DNA of 63,997 nt, the filler included, from Bigelowiella natans CCMP2755 (lineage: Eukaryota; Protista; Cercozoa), in NCBI GenBank assembly GCA_000320545.1. It is 6 parts of 6 records of this genome, joined end to end, with 100 filler letters (N's around TTAATTAATTAA, not from the genome) between each part and the next. Parts side by side here need not be neighbours in the genome. Positions count along the whole stretch, not along the records: positions 39,519 to 60,300 come from ADNK01000078.1; 5 more parts are not named here. One strand, given 5' to 3'. Positions 39,712 to 53,681 of this stretch are shown in pieces (positions within the stretch are counted from its first letter, which is position 1; each line of letters opens with the position of its first letter). The notes beneath the pieces were generated by a model. The model saw nothing but the letters and a program-made list of their open reading frames with translations, ran no database searches and had not been told where the DNA came from. The position numbers and the translations under genes are program-made.

Positions 39712-39914
39712 GGGAAGGTCCTCGATAGGCCATGAGGCATACCGCAATTCCAGCTTTATCATCAACGAAGAGGCTCTTGAAGGAGCGCAGTGCGGCGAAA
39801 ACGCAGCCCCCAGCGATACCAAGGTATTGAGAACGATGCGGGAGTGGAGAATGTGGACATTGCGTGTGTGTGCGCCGGGCAATTTTCAACCCGCATATTT
39901 TATAATTTATATAA

Positions 39915-39951
<37 letters not shown>

Positions 39952-40782
39952 CATATGCTTACACACAAATATGCGCCGTATATGTGTACATCTCTTCTGG
40001 GAAGATTTCTGTCTTTCGCAAGATGGAAATCGCCATCGAAGTGCGAGGAAATAAGGACGACGGTGATGGTGGCCAGGGGAGGGGGCAGGAGGGGACTTTA
40101 GGAGTCGTCAAGGTGCCAAATATGATCCCTTTTAGCTCCCTTTATGTGTGTATGTGCATTGGTATGGAAAATCATTGTCACCATCCATGGAAAGATGTAC
40201 GCGTTGGAGAAGGAGCAGTTTTCTGCAGTAGTAGTCGCAGTAGAAGTAGGTGCTCCTTGCAGCAAACGAGCATATGTATTAATACCAAATGCATGCGTGC
40301 CGTCAGCTGCACACGACATCAAGGCTAAGCGATCTATATGAGGAGGTAAGGGACCTGGGGGGAGGGGGGGGGGGGGGGCAAGAGACCAGGGCAGCATAGT
40401 AGTAGTAGTAGTAGTAGTAGTAGTTTTGTTAGCATTGAGTAGTATTGGAAGAAGGGGGAGAGAGGCAGGAGAGGCAGTGAAGGTGAAGGAACAAGCCAAC
40501 ATTCCTTCACGATGACCCCAACAAACAGGTGTTACAAGAGGGGTGGGGAGGGGCTCAGGTTGATGCGAAGGATGGCCTTCTGAACTTCGCTCTAGCATTG
40601 CAGAACAACGACGGCTCGACTGCTAGCAGGTACGTTTTCGGAGGGTGTCTGATGCGGATCCCCATGTGCCTTCGTTTCTGTCTTTTTGGGATCCTGAGGA
40701 AAGGCTCGTTTGGCGGTGCTGTTTCCAAGTTCAGAGTACGGGGAAAGAGTGACGATATACCTTCGTATCTCTAATGAGGGAC

Positions 40783-40824
<42 letters not shown>

Positions 40825-41101
40825 TGTGTGTGTGTGTGTGTGCATTCAACTATAGATCACCTATCGTCCTTGATCCTTGGGGTTATATCGGAGACATCTG
40901 GACCTCGCTATGTGAGGGTCCCTCCCAAATTACGCATCTACAAACATGTGAATATAATAATGTGCATGGGGAGGGTGGGGGGAGGGGGGGGGACCAAGCA
41001 CGAGCGGCTGTTATTGTTTTTCTTCCTACGACGATACGAAACGCTAGGTGTTTAAGAGAGAGAGAGAGAGAGAGAGAGAGTATATACAAGTTTATATATT
41101 A

Positions 41102-41132
<31 letters not shown>

Positions 41133-41496
41133 TATATGTGAGTGCGTGTATTTGTGTTATTCGAGCAGGCCAGGGCGCGTCTGTCAAGATAGTGCTCCTT
41201 AACAATAGAATTACTACATCTCGTCTGGTGTGTTAAAATATAATATATATATATATAATATATATATATATATAGTATTATATTTTTATATATTTATTCA
41301 CTATGCAGATTACAACTTATCTTCATTGTTATGATCATAAAGCCAATGACTCTTTTTTTTCCCTTTACACCTCACCCCCCCTCCCCTCGTTTCCTTTTAT
41401 TCCAAAGGGCCATCCGTGTTGCACGAAGTCGATGGAGAACGGGTAGAGTTATTTTCTATCAGCTTCTCGCATGTATGAATGTATGATATATAAACC

Positions 41497-41540
<44 letters not shown>

Positions 41541-41667
41541 TATAATATTTGATTAGTATCTTTGTTGTGATTGTACAAGAATGATAGTGGTAGATCTGGC
41601 CAATGGCAAAAAACCCTCAGAAGGTCAGGAGGAAACGATGTGTACTATAATAATTATGGAAATCTTT

Positions 41668-41705
<38 letters not shown>

Positions 41706-42345
41706 GTGTGTGTGTGTGTGTGTGTATTATAAATTCTATAATTTTCCCGCGTCCCCCCCCCCCCTGAATGATAAGACGCAACACTGTTCCAAAACAATTT
41801 TGAGAAGCGGAGACCCCCAAGGCTCGAGGTATACATTGCGCCTTCTCAGGGATATATATTGGATATATGCATCCGATTGGATCGCATAGTTGCGTTTTGT
41901 AGCATTAACACGCAGAATTCCAAGCAGCAGCCCGTCTTTCATGCAGATCTTATTTACCTCTCCCTTTTATATATATCTCGCATATAGAGAATAAGTTGGT
42001 TGTGAGGCTGGAGAACGATGCTTTCGGTGAAGCTTCTGAAGATACGACGTTCTTGGTGATAGAGCGGGGTCGGAGGGGGGTAGCCTAGAAAAGACGAGAG
42101 GATTCGGATCACTATTTTCCCCATTAAAAGAAGGCCCCGCTATTTAGATTACGGAGGGGGGGGGGGGTGGATTGGGGGGATTATGAGAGCGAGAGGGGCA
42201 TTGAGCGGCGAAGGAATAGCGACTTAAGACAAAGCAGTTAGACTTGCTGCTGTTGTGATTTGGTCAAACAATGCAGGCCTATGTCAATGATGACACGACT
42301 GGCGACGAGGTAGTGCCACGTGCATGTTTCATGCAGGGACGTATG

Positions 42346-42389
<44 letters not shown>

Positions 42390-42541
42390 TGTACACGATA
42401 TGAGATGCGTTTTTCCTTACTTCTGGATGTGCGTGCATATATCAGCTTGCGGAGGCGATCGGTTTGACTCCGAAGTCGTCGGTATGCTTATCTGCTGTCT
42501 TTGCTGACCAGAAGCTGAAAACAGAAAGGTTTCATGATGAC

Positions 42542-42573
<32 letters not shown>

Positions 42574-44517
42574 CAACCGTTGCTTTTCATTTCGATCAAC
42601 TGCAGCTTCTGCAAATCCATGATATCACACGAATAATGCCTGATTTCCACCTATACTTTTGCTGTTATCATCGGAAACGATAGGGTCAGCAAGAGGTACG
42701 CGAGCGGTTCAATTAAGGTACGTGTTAGCACGGGCCACTGTGAGCGCGCGGACAAGTGCTTGCACGTGTGTGTGCTTGGTCAAAATCCACGTCTTGTTCT
42801 GAATAACGAGAATGAATGTTTGCATCGTCTTGTGGCGGCGACTGGGAGAGCGATGTAAGGGCTCTCGCCTCCCATAGAATCAAAGGGGGGGAGAGAGGGG
42901 GGGGGGGCATGTTTCGGAAAGTAATGAGTAACGTTGATGGTTTCTTTGTGTTGTATCTCAGGGCTATATAAAAGATCGCGCAAAATCTGGCTCTCAGGTA
43001 TTTCACCACATCCGAGCTATGAAAAGCAGCAGCAGCGATCTTTCGCAAGTTACCGTCAAGACTCTCACTGGAAAGGTCAGCGTGGCAATGATGATGACGA
43101 TGGCTATAATGATGATGATGATGGTGATGGTGGTGGTGATGATGATGAAAGTCACCATGAGTACGGCGAATGTAATAGATAGAGAACATGTTGCTTGGGG
43201 AAAGTGATGAATTGAATATTTAGCGATTACACACGGTACACAACATCGATGGTGTTCATCCTGCGGTATGACTGTTTCGTACAAATCAACCATAGTTATG
43301 ATAGTATCTCTCCCCCCCCCCCGCCCACCCCCTCCTTCCCTCCTCCGACTTTGTTTCTTCGCGTCCAGAGCATCATACTCGACGTCTGCGGTGTGGATAC
43401 GGTGGGTGATCATTGCAGTGTGTTATGAAACTGTGTGCGCTTTAAAGAAAAAAAAGAACGAGAAGGGAAAGTAAATTTGGAGGGGAAACAGACGGATTTT
43501 TCCATGTCTGATAACACGAATGACCGTCGCCCTGGGGCATTGCAAACCGGTCCTTCCAAGATATGGCAATATCGGCAATTCCTTAAGCTCTTCTTCCTTT
43601 CTTTAAGAAATCCCAGTGCTTTTTTGTTTAAATGAAAACAAAATTAAAAAAAAAACACGCCTCACGGGTGCAATGCCCCTCGTGTTTCCTCTTCTTGTCG
43701 CAAGTTCCATGGGAGGGGAGATTTTCCGGCGGATATATGTAGCACAGAGAGAGCTACGAGGAGCGTACTACCTAATGAGGGGATAACTGGTAGTTTTGAG
43801 TACTGACGAAATATCCTACTCCTCAATCAGGTTAGCATGCTAAAGCAGAAGGTGGGTAGCATCTTCACAGAAAAATTGGGAGAATGAGGAGAATGAGGAG
43901 GAGGAGTAGGAGGAAGGCGGATACGAATCTCCTGACGGCCAACAGGCTAGCATCCTACTGATCGACCGCTTCCCCCCCCCCCCCCTCCCCCCTGGATTTG
44001 TAGATGATGGCGATTGGTATTAAGTATTGTCATTGATACCGTTGTTTGTAATAGATTCAGGACAAAGAGGGAATTCCGCCAGATCAGCAGCGGATCATCT
44101 TCGCTGGCAAACAGGTTCTTCATTGATATCATCGCTCCTTTTTTGTTGTACAGCTTTCCGAGTCGATTTCGGGGCTATTCAGACGATACTTCCCCAATAT
44201 AGGAATTTTTTTTTTATATTGCTAAGAGGGCACAGGAGCCTTACCCCCCTTATCCCCCCCCCCCTCCCCTCGCTGTTGCCAATGCGATCTATCTCGTCGA
44301 TGTCGCGAATATTATCAGCTTGAGGACGGAGTGCTTTTGGTGGATTATGGCGTGCGGAATAAGGGTAACCTAGTGTCTTCGATATGAACGTAGATTCGTG
44401 TAGTGGTTGGCAGCAGTAGTTGCGGCAGCAGTAACTGCGTAATTTCGCAAATTCGTAACCAAGAGCCATACGATGGACTCGATTGTCTTACGTGTTGCGT
44501 GTGGTTTGTTGTGTGTC

Positions 44518-44560
<43 letters not shown>

Positions 44561-44639
44561 TAAGTCACTCCACGCAATAAGCTTGCACTTATAATGGTCA
44601 GATGAACTTCATCTTGTTTTGCGCCTCCGGGGAACATAG
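39712..44639 (+). CDS. Multi-exon protein ending in a ubiquitin-like domain (C-terminus LRLRGT*); 5' part uncertain
   Basis: Exons splice to SQVTVKTLTGK|SIILDVCGVDT|VSMLKQK|IQDKEGIPPDQQRIIFAGKQ|LEDGVLLVDYGVRNK|DELHLVLRLRGT*. Upstream exons have no recognised family. Confidence 0.78.
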
Positions 44640-45756
44640 AAAGCAGGGCAGTGCACCGTGTGTATTTTGCAACAGACAAGGATCTATATGCACATATGTA
44701 TGCATACTATACGCATATGTATATGTATATAATATACATTTATACATAGTTTATTTATAAGATTTTATGTATTAGTAATTGCGGAAACGTTGCGGTAGTT
44801 TTAGCTAAGAAATTCATATCAATAGAAGATCGGAGCGTGTCCTTGCGCTCATGTGTTATGCAGCTATCGATGTTGTTGGTACGTAGCAGCGTCATCCACG
44901 GGCAAAAATAAATAAATATCTAATGTAGTATGACAATGACTAGATGAGCATAAAAGGCCCTTATCATGTTATTGCGCAGTTTTCAATGATGTAGAACAAA
45001 GCGAATGCTAGAATGTGGGTGTGCGTGTCATCATTCATGCGATATACTGTGGGTGATCGACGCCGGACAACGCCTTTGTCTATGCAGTATATGTCTAGCT
45101 ATATAGATGTGTCTGTCGTGCATGCTAGCTGCACAATATAACATGCGGGAACAATAACAGCATGTGCAACATAGCTAGCTAGCTAGACAGGTAGCAGTAT
45201 TTCAGTACACGTACACACTAGCATGACACAGCACATCATGCACTTGAGATCAGTAACATCTAGGTGTGCATCCGACATCGCTAGATCGTCCTGACAAGTG
45301 TAACCTAGGTAACAGCTGCCTCGCATGTTGCTGCAGCAGGTAGCGCCGTGCCATAACCATCATTATTGCAAAATGAGCCTCCATAACGCGCAATTGATCT
45401 CAAAAAATTTCTTACTGTGACGCAGTGGAAGGCTAGCTATAGAAGGACACGCTTCGCACGCTAGCACGCGCGCCTTGCTCACCCGCATTGATTGCATTTG
45501 CAATGTGAAAATGATGAGGTTTGCACAACGCGCGGCCGGCCTTGGAACAGAAAATGCGTATGTAGGATTTCTGACATCAACGACGTGATGCAGCACATGT
45601 TGTCATTTTTGAAATGTGTACCTAGCTAGTAGTTTCGCTTGATAAAATAGCTTACATTGTGGTAGATATCATTTATCATCATTCCTTATGTGCAACATAC
45701 ATTACCTTTTATATATATATATATATATAATATAGATAATTACACTATATCTACAT

Positions 45757-46119
45757 CTATGTGTGCGTGGTTGCGCTACTACTCCGTCTTATCGTCGACA
45801 ACTCTATAGCTTCTTCGCTACTACTTATATGCGATGAAACCCGCTCCTCTTGAGCCGCAGGGAACAGCTCACCACTATCTTGCACACCACCATCATCATT
45901 ATCATCACTATGCTTATCTTCTTCATCATCATCATCATCATCATCATCACTCTCGCCATATTCATCATTCCTTATGGCCTGGTGAGTCGCAGCAGCAGAT
46001 GTCCTACCCGGCGCGGATGTAGGAGCGCCCATCATCATGGCCCACGCTGTGGTAGGAAGGCACTTCCGTAATGCGGCATTAATCTAAGAGATCAGAATGT
46101 CAAGGAAGTGAATCGAGAA

Positions 46120-46160
<41 letters not shown>

Positions 46161-47116
46161 ATTGATAATTAGATGTGCTCGATGCATCAATCTGGCGGAG
46201 CAAAGACAGCACCTTCACACATTCATTTTTTGTGTAAGGGGGGGGGCAGGGAGCAACCTCTTCCTTCTCCTTCTTTCCAAAGAAAGCTCCTTGGCTACTC
46301 TCCCTCCTCCTTCCTCTGCGCTTCTCTGCCTCTCCAACCTCCAAATCATTAGAGACCTCCACTTTCATTCCTAAAGTTAGGAGGGGGGGGCGCAGTAACT
46401 TCATCAATACCAAACGTTGTTTTTCCCTTCATCACCACCACTATCCCACTGATCATCATCGTCGTTATCACAGTCACTACACGGAGGCGGCGGTAAGAGA
46501 ATGGGAATGGGGAAAGGGGGGTGGGGGGGGATGGGGGGATTATAATCTATTGACCGACCGCAGAGCATCATGGAAGCCACGACTGCGCTGACGATAGAAG
46601 AGACGAGAAAGAACCCAGCAATGCCGACAAAATGGATAGAAGGCTTGTATTCATAAGCCCCAAACTAAACAAGAATAATGATAACAACAATATTTATCAC
46701 GGGAAAAGCTCTCATCCTAATAGGCATCATCATCGATGACGAGTCTTCTGAAATAAAGGCGCTATTCTGTGTGTCTGCAATAACAGCTTAAAGAAGCGAC
46801 GACTCTCGCCACCCCATCCCCTTTTCTTCGCGCGTATAGGCCGACATATCTGTGCGCCCTTCAGTTTGTTTTACCACCATCTCTGCTTTATGAGGACAGC
46901 CTTATCCTCCTCACGAGATGTCGTTTTGACTCGACGAAATATTGCTATTGGTGAACGCTATACCCCCCTCGCCCCCCCTCCCCCATTGTTCTTTTTGTTT
47001 AAACGTGAGGACCGTCTGTTCATGGATGAGCGGGAGGTAGCAGTAGGAGTACCAGAGAGGTATTGCTATGGTGATGAGTGTTGCAGCCTGGGAAAATAGG
47101 GAGAGAAGAACAGATG

Positions 47117-47162
<46 letters not shown>

Positions 47163-49439
47163 CGCAATTATAAACAAATCGGAGAACTGGGGCCGAGAGG
47201 TGATATGATGCTCTATACTCGTTGATTCGGACTAGTCGTCTCCATAACACGTACATGTCCAGTTTCAACATCACCATAGGTGCAATGGACGGTGTAAGTA
47301 AGAGTAATAAATGATCGATCTCTTCCTCTTCGTAAAATGATGCGCTACCCTTGAGCTTCTTCCTCACCCCCCCTCCGCCCCTCAATGAAAAGGACTGGAA
47401 TTATAAAATTGTATTACAACAGCAATGGCGATGGACCCCCGTAGATTCCGTTGGTACAAAAAGTAGCACGTGGCGACGCCATATACCACCGAAGACAAGC
47501 ACACGAGGCTGCAAGCAAGGTGTACAATCATAACGATGTGGGGAGCGTAGGCCACAACACACGCACATACAAACGAGCATAGGATACAAAATACCCGAGC
47601 ACACGCACCAACAGCACGAATTTCTATCAGCGCGAAACCAGAGAGCCCGCTTTAGGCTGGTGGTATGTCCAACTATACGGCGCAGTTACTAACATGAAAG
47701 TGATGAATCCCGCGGATGAGCATTGAGCGAGGAAATCTTCCGGGTAAAGCTCGCACTTGCTGTCCCAAAGCAGTGTGCTCCCTGCCAGCACGCGTAAACA
47801 ATCAGAGTGAGAAAGTTCATGGATGAGACAAAATTGGGGGAATTTCGCCGGAAAAACCCTAAATTTCAAATGAGTTGTATGTTATACCTTTGTTCCCTCC
47901 ATAGCGTGGAGAACAATTGTCCTAGGGGCGACGACGCACGGTGATGCCGATGGCGAAAGAGAGACAAGCAAAAGAAAAGAGACATATACAGAGCAAAGCA
48001 GAGTGAGTTCCCCAGCGCCTCAATCGATCGAGAAAAAATCTTCCAGAGCAACCATTTTCCAGAGGAGTCCCAAGTGGATGGAAAGTTGTTGGTCATTGTC
48101 GTTCTTTATATTCCTCACACCAGCGCTCACCCAGCCCCAGCTAATGACATTGCCCTTTGTAAAGAGCTCGGATATTATTCTAGGAAGGAAGCGTGGAAAG
48201 GGGATGGATAAACAAGGCTGTCATCGATACGGAAGTGCTCCTTCATCACAGTGCCCTTGCTTACTTACCCGAGCGATGCCAGAACCGCGCCGATCCCTGT
48301 CGACCATGCCGCCATTTGTGACATATCAGAGCGATTAAACCTGCTCTTCATACTGAATCTTACACCCTCACGGCTCTGAACGCGGGCGAAGGGCCTCTTT
48401 GTTAGAGGGGAGGGGAGAGATGTGGATGGATGGTGCTCACTTCTAGGGCATTCACCGAGATTCGAGAGCGACGCATTGTTGTTTATGTCGCAGGTAAAAA
48501 AGCGCACATACTTCCAACTTCGAGTTCAGATATTTTATTTTGCATTCGAACCAAAACTCGTTTGTGTTGGATACGGAGTTGGTCAGCAGGTTAGTTATGT
48601 TAGAATGTGCGTCGGATCTTTGACTGCCCAACTGCAACGGACCTGTTGTCACAAAGGATAGAAATGCTGAGTGGATGTTGTCTCATGTGGAAGCACCATT
48701 TAGGATAAAGTCGGGATATTATTTTGGCAACCCTGTTGCACCGAAGTCTCTCTTTCAGCATATCCTCCAATTCAACGGCACAGCCATCCTAGTCCTCCTG
48801 TTCAGCCTGAAGCAGCTATTGTTGTATTTGTTGTATGATTTATACAAAAAATGCCCTTGATTTATCGTAAGCGATATAAACCTATGCGTGTCGTAGAAAC
48901 GTGGTATTCTTCTGCCCCGAGAGCTGCTGTGAACCTTCTGTGCCCTCCCCCATGTGCCAGCTTTCGCTGTCGCTCTGGGTAGGTGTCAACAGATACTGAT
49001 AAGAGATGAATCGGTGTGTTTTGATGAGGGGCTTGGGGGGCCTGAAGTCCCTTCTAGTTCGCCGTCAGATGAACAATGGCGTCAGAATAGGGATGAAGCC
49101 TCGAAGCTTCGCTAACAGATTTCGGTCCGATTACTACGAGAATGTCATGATAATATGCAAGCATCGAATAATTCTTAATCGCTAGAGTGTCGCTGATTGT
49201 AGGCTCAAACGAGCTATTTTGAAGCGGCGGTAATTCGAATTATCTTTGCAGCGAAAGCGGTCCGACAAAGCGATCGCAGCAGTCTCCCATCGACGGGGCA
49301 AGCGCCACCAGAGTAATTCTACACAAGTAGACGTGTTTTCCGCATTTGAATGTGTATATGTGTGTGTATATCTATTTGTTTGTGTGTGTGTGTGCGCGTG
49401 TGTGTGTGTGTGTGTGTGGGTGGGTGGGTGGGTGGGTGT

Positions 49440-49482
<43 letters not shown>

Positions 49483-49870
49483 TAAAAAATTGATGCGCGC
49501 GTGGTCAGAGCGAAAGAAAGAGAAGAATTTAGTAAGAATACATATACATGCATGTTTTAATCAGATTGGATGGATAGCATGTGTCGGCTTCATCGGCTGT
49601 CCGGTAAAAAGTAGAAGTAGTAGAAGCAGTATAATAATGGTGATAGTAGTAGCGGAGCAATGCGATAGAAGGCAGCAGTCAGGAAATCTTCTCACGAACC
49701 CATGATTTTCCAGATGATCCTGACCTATGCTACATGGAGATACGTTAGCAGACCAGAGAACATCGCTCAAGAATCCGAGGTAGTGACTGAGAGTAACAGC
49801 ATACCTGTATCTGTATGGCGTTTGGCCACAGCTGCCCGGAATAAGTCGTTGTGGGAAAGCATAAATCACT
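45757..49870 (-). CDS. Multi-exon hypothetical membrane protein (boundaries approximate)
   Basis: AG/GT-bounded exons with hydrophobic segments (AAWSTGIGAVLASLG; AATLITIAIPLWYSY; FVGIAGFFLVSSIVSAVVASMML) and an acidic last exon. Confidence 0.45.
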
Positions 49871-49994
49871 GCTAAAATACGCCAAGAAAGAATTGGATAT
49901 TCTCGAATAATGATCTAGTTTCAAATAGCAAATCCCTCCCTAGAAATCACAGCCCGAGGATTTCGACGGAATAAGAAGAATAAAAAAAAAATTG

Positions 49995-50467
49995 ATGGAA
50001 AAACTTGCAACTTTTCTGTACTTACGCCACAGGAGTCTCGACATCGAAAGTATAGGCAGTGGAAGCTACCTCTCCCAAAAGATGCACAGGTGTGGCAAGT
50101 GTGAAATATGCCTTTCGTATTGTACTTTGCGGTTGATTGGAGAACTGGTGCCCTACGTTTCCAGAAGTCTCAAGTGCAGTTTATTCGCAACTTTCTCTCC
50201 GAAGAAGAGGTGCGCTCGGCTCGCGGGAATAACGATATGCATTACTTCAATGCGTATGTTACTGCACGTGCATTTTTCTAATTGCCAATGCCATATCCTG
50301 GGTAAATATCAGATTGAAACGCTAAAGAAAACGGTCTTCAAGATGCAGGAAGATGGTGCTAAAGCCTCATGCAGAGTTCTTAGAATAATACATATTTGCA
50401 CTACAAAACCGTCGTGTTTAGCATCAGCTTTTAAAGGAGGCTGGATTCATCCCACAATGATTTTCAA

Positions 50468-50519
<52 letters not shown>

Positions 50520-52027
50520 GATTGTGCCGCTCGTAGGCTTTCCCGGTGTAGTAAATAAAACCACGCCTGGCAAGCCGTGGCTCCAAACGGTAGTAAGTAG
50601 CACATCCAGATAACAGATGCTGGCAGCAATACAATAAAAATCATATTTCCAAGGGGGAAAACTATAGCTACATTGAGAACATCGACGTTTCTGTCGCACT
50701 GCAGGGCTCGATGACAAGAATTATCGTTGTTTGGGCTGTGAAATCTCCTACCTAATTCCATTAAAACCGCGAGCTGCATATTGGCTACTTATTTAACGTC
50801 GTCGGTCGCTCATCGTCGCTACTACCTATACCCATCATCACACAAGAGGCCTGCTTATGCACGCCAACATCACCATTCAGCATCCTTTTTCTTGATATGA
50901 TGATATCGGCAGATGATCTATTAATTTTTTCCTTCTCACCTTTCTTCTCATCCACACCTCAAAGACCTGGAAGACGACGTATTTGCACACGAATGGGGCG
51001 TTTAAGGAGCGACTGCCGTGGTTGGAACAACGGCTGTGGGAGGCCGTTCGGAGTGTGGATCGGTCCGCTAATTGGGATTTGCTGCCGCAACATGGCGCTC
51101 ACGGTCTTACATTTCGCACAGCGGAATTTCACGAGTATTGGCCCGGGGGGCAGCTCTCACAGGTAGGGGCCTCGAACGAAGGCCATGCATTGTGCCAACT
51201 GATAGATAGTGTCTTGGGGCTAGGGACCTCGCGTGACGTACATGCCGAACGTGTGGGAGTGCCAATGTGGGAGAGTTCAGTTTATGAGGACGTAGGCTGC
51301 GAGGACGTTTACTCTGCACACCCCTGAGAATACACATATATATAACCTGTGTCCCATCAGCGGCAGCATTATGACTCCGGCTCTATTATCACGATGGATG
51401 TTATGCTGTCCGACCCAAAGTAAGTGCTGCTGCCACCATGTCGCTCAGTAGAACGTTCCGTGAACGCCGAAGCCAAAACGTCCTCCTCCATTCGAAAGGA
51501 ATGGGGAGAAGACTGATCGAGCACACGACACGATATAGCGCAGATGAAACGCAACGCATTCTATGGATATGAAGCACCAAAATACTATGATAGACAGCAA
51601 TAACTGCTACATCTATACACGCAGGGAGGACTTTCAAGGCGGAAAATTTGTCACGCCGGAGAGCGATGGCCGCATTCTACAACATGACTTTGGAAAAGGC
51701 GACGCAGCATTCTTTCTGTCTCACAAATATCACAATATTCGACCCGTCTCAGCTGGGAAGCGCATGGTAAAGCCTAGCATGTTTTTCTTTAGATTCTGTC
51801 ATGTATTCAATCGGAAGACTTGACGGCGTAAGAATTTTGTTCTTCCTCCTCTTCGAATATTTGCGTATCCTAAGGTTTTAGTCGTTGAGGTTTGGTCGGG
51901 GCCCGAGCGTGTGTGCCCCCACCGGTGCTGGTCTCGTGGAGCTTGCGACAGAAAGGCAGGTGATAACCTCAATGGGACAACAGGCGCAGTTGCTTCAGCG
52001 GCAGAGAATGGCTGGCTGCTAGGGTAG
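49995..52027 (+). CDS. 2-oxoglutarate/Fe(II)-dependent dioxygenase (prolyl-hydroxylase-like); start uncertain
   Basis: Spliced: FRTAEFHEYWPGGQLSQ|RQHYDSGSIITMDVMLSDPK|EDFQGGKF...KGDAAFFLSHKYHNIRPVSAGKRM|VLVVEVW. Contains HxD...H...R. Confidence 0.88.
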
Positions 52028-52312
52028 CTTACAACACCACATCTACTGTTAGATACATTGCGTGTGTGTAGTTTCCGTAGTCCCTCTGCGTCATCGTATG
52101 CTGTTTGGGTTGAAAATTCCAAGCGGGTGAAAGCTCATGCTGTTGTGGATTGCTACATCGACCAAACTTCCTATGGTTCTAGATCAACTAGCAATTCAGT
52201 TCAGCAGTAGGTCGTCAGTAGGCAAATTTTCATGTTGCGCATTTTCGCAACTTTATTTGCTACCACCGACAGTAAGGGAATGAAATGTGGGGCATGGTAT
52301 ATGTACGACTAT

Positions 52313-52494
52313 TACGCAGCAGCAATCCAAGCGTACTAGCTAGCTAGCTAACATTGCCAGTATATGCTAGCAGTTGAGTAGTATGCCACACCACACGCAT
52401 GTACGTAGCAGCATATCCAAGCGTTTAATGTACTATCTAGCTAGCTAGCATTATGCCAGTATATGCTAGTAGAGTAGTGTGCCACACCACACGC
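52313..52494. repeat. Imperfect tandem duplication (two units of about 90 bp)
   Basis: 52313-52398 and 52402-52494 share ...ATCCAAGCGT...CTAGCTAGCTA...TGCCAGTATATGCTAG...GAGTAGT(A/G)TGCCACACCACACGC. Confidence 0.85.
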
Positions 52495-53681
52495 TGATAA
52501 ACTTAAATTGGCACTATGCATATAGATTATAATATTACACAGCGTGGACGAGCATATGCATGCATGCTAGCATGCTCCGCTCTATCGATCGTAGGCACGT
52601 CGCGTGCCGCAGTGTGTGTCCACGTGTGGCTATAGCACATCTTGATCATCATGCATAGCTAGCTAGCAACACGTGATGGCGATTGCTCTAATGAACGGTT
52701 CTACAGCGTTGTACGTGTAATTATTCCCGTGTTTTATCGCACGCAAATTAAACTACTACTAAGCCCGCACACATCTAGACATGCTAGCATGTACAAGTGT
52801 AGCAGGACGTCGATCGTTTCGCTAATTGATTTTAAGCAGTTCGACTTCAAAAACCTACACAAATATGTTCCACTCATTTTGAGAATTCAGAAACGAAGAA
52901 AGCACGCGTACCAGATCTGCGTCGGGGGGGATTACATTTCCAGCGCCGTATTTCCCATAGCCGAAATCGGACGTAATGTCCAATGTTGCCTGCGCAATAC
53001 CGTGATATCCTCAAAATCCAGATGTTGAAGCAACGAATGCGTGCGTAGCAAGTCTACCTTCTCGCCGAGAGACATCTGCGCAACCCCCTCATCCCAGCCC
53101 TTAATCACCTGTCCAACGCCGATTGTCTAGTGGCGGAAAATAAAAATTCAGCCAAGGAATAACCAATTTTTTGTGGGAGAACATACGAAAGTAAACGGCT
53201 CATTGCGATCCACACTGCTATCGAATTTCACTCCATTCTTCAGCAATCCAGTATAATCTGCGGGAGGCATTAAAGAACAACATCTCACCAAAACGGCAGA
53301 CTATGCGTGTCGCGTGTACTTACGCATCGTCAAACTGTCGCCGGCTTTGGGGAAAGTTTTCTGGTCCCCTTCTGTGATTGTTGTCTTCGTGACCCCGCGA
53401 AGGACACGACTTGAGTGCAGTAATCGACGCAACCGGAGCATTTGTAGGAGAGGGGGGGGTCAGTCTGGAATCTGGAAGAAATCCTGAAATCCCGAGAAAT
53501 CTGGCAGGTTATTTATCCCTTATTCGACTGCGTCATGGACTAAATATTGACGCAGATTAAGAATCCCATTCCATTTCCCTGAACTTATCACAAATCAAAA
53601 AGTTGAAAATAAACAGATGTCGCCGGGGCATAATTCGCCTGTATTTCAGAAATCGTCGCTCTCTGCAGAATTCTCCTGCCA

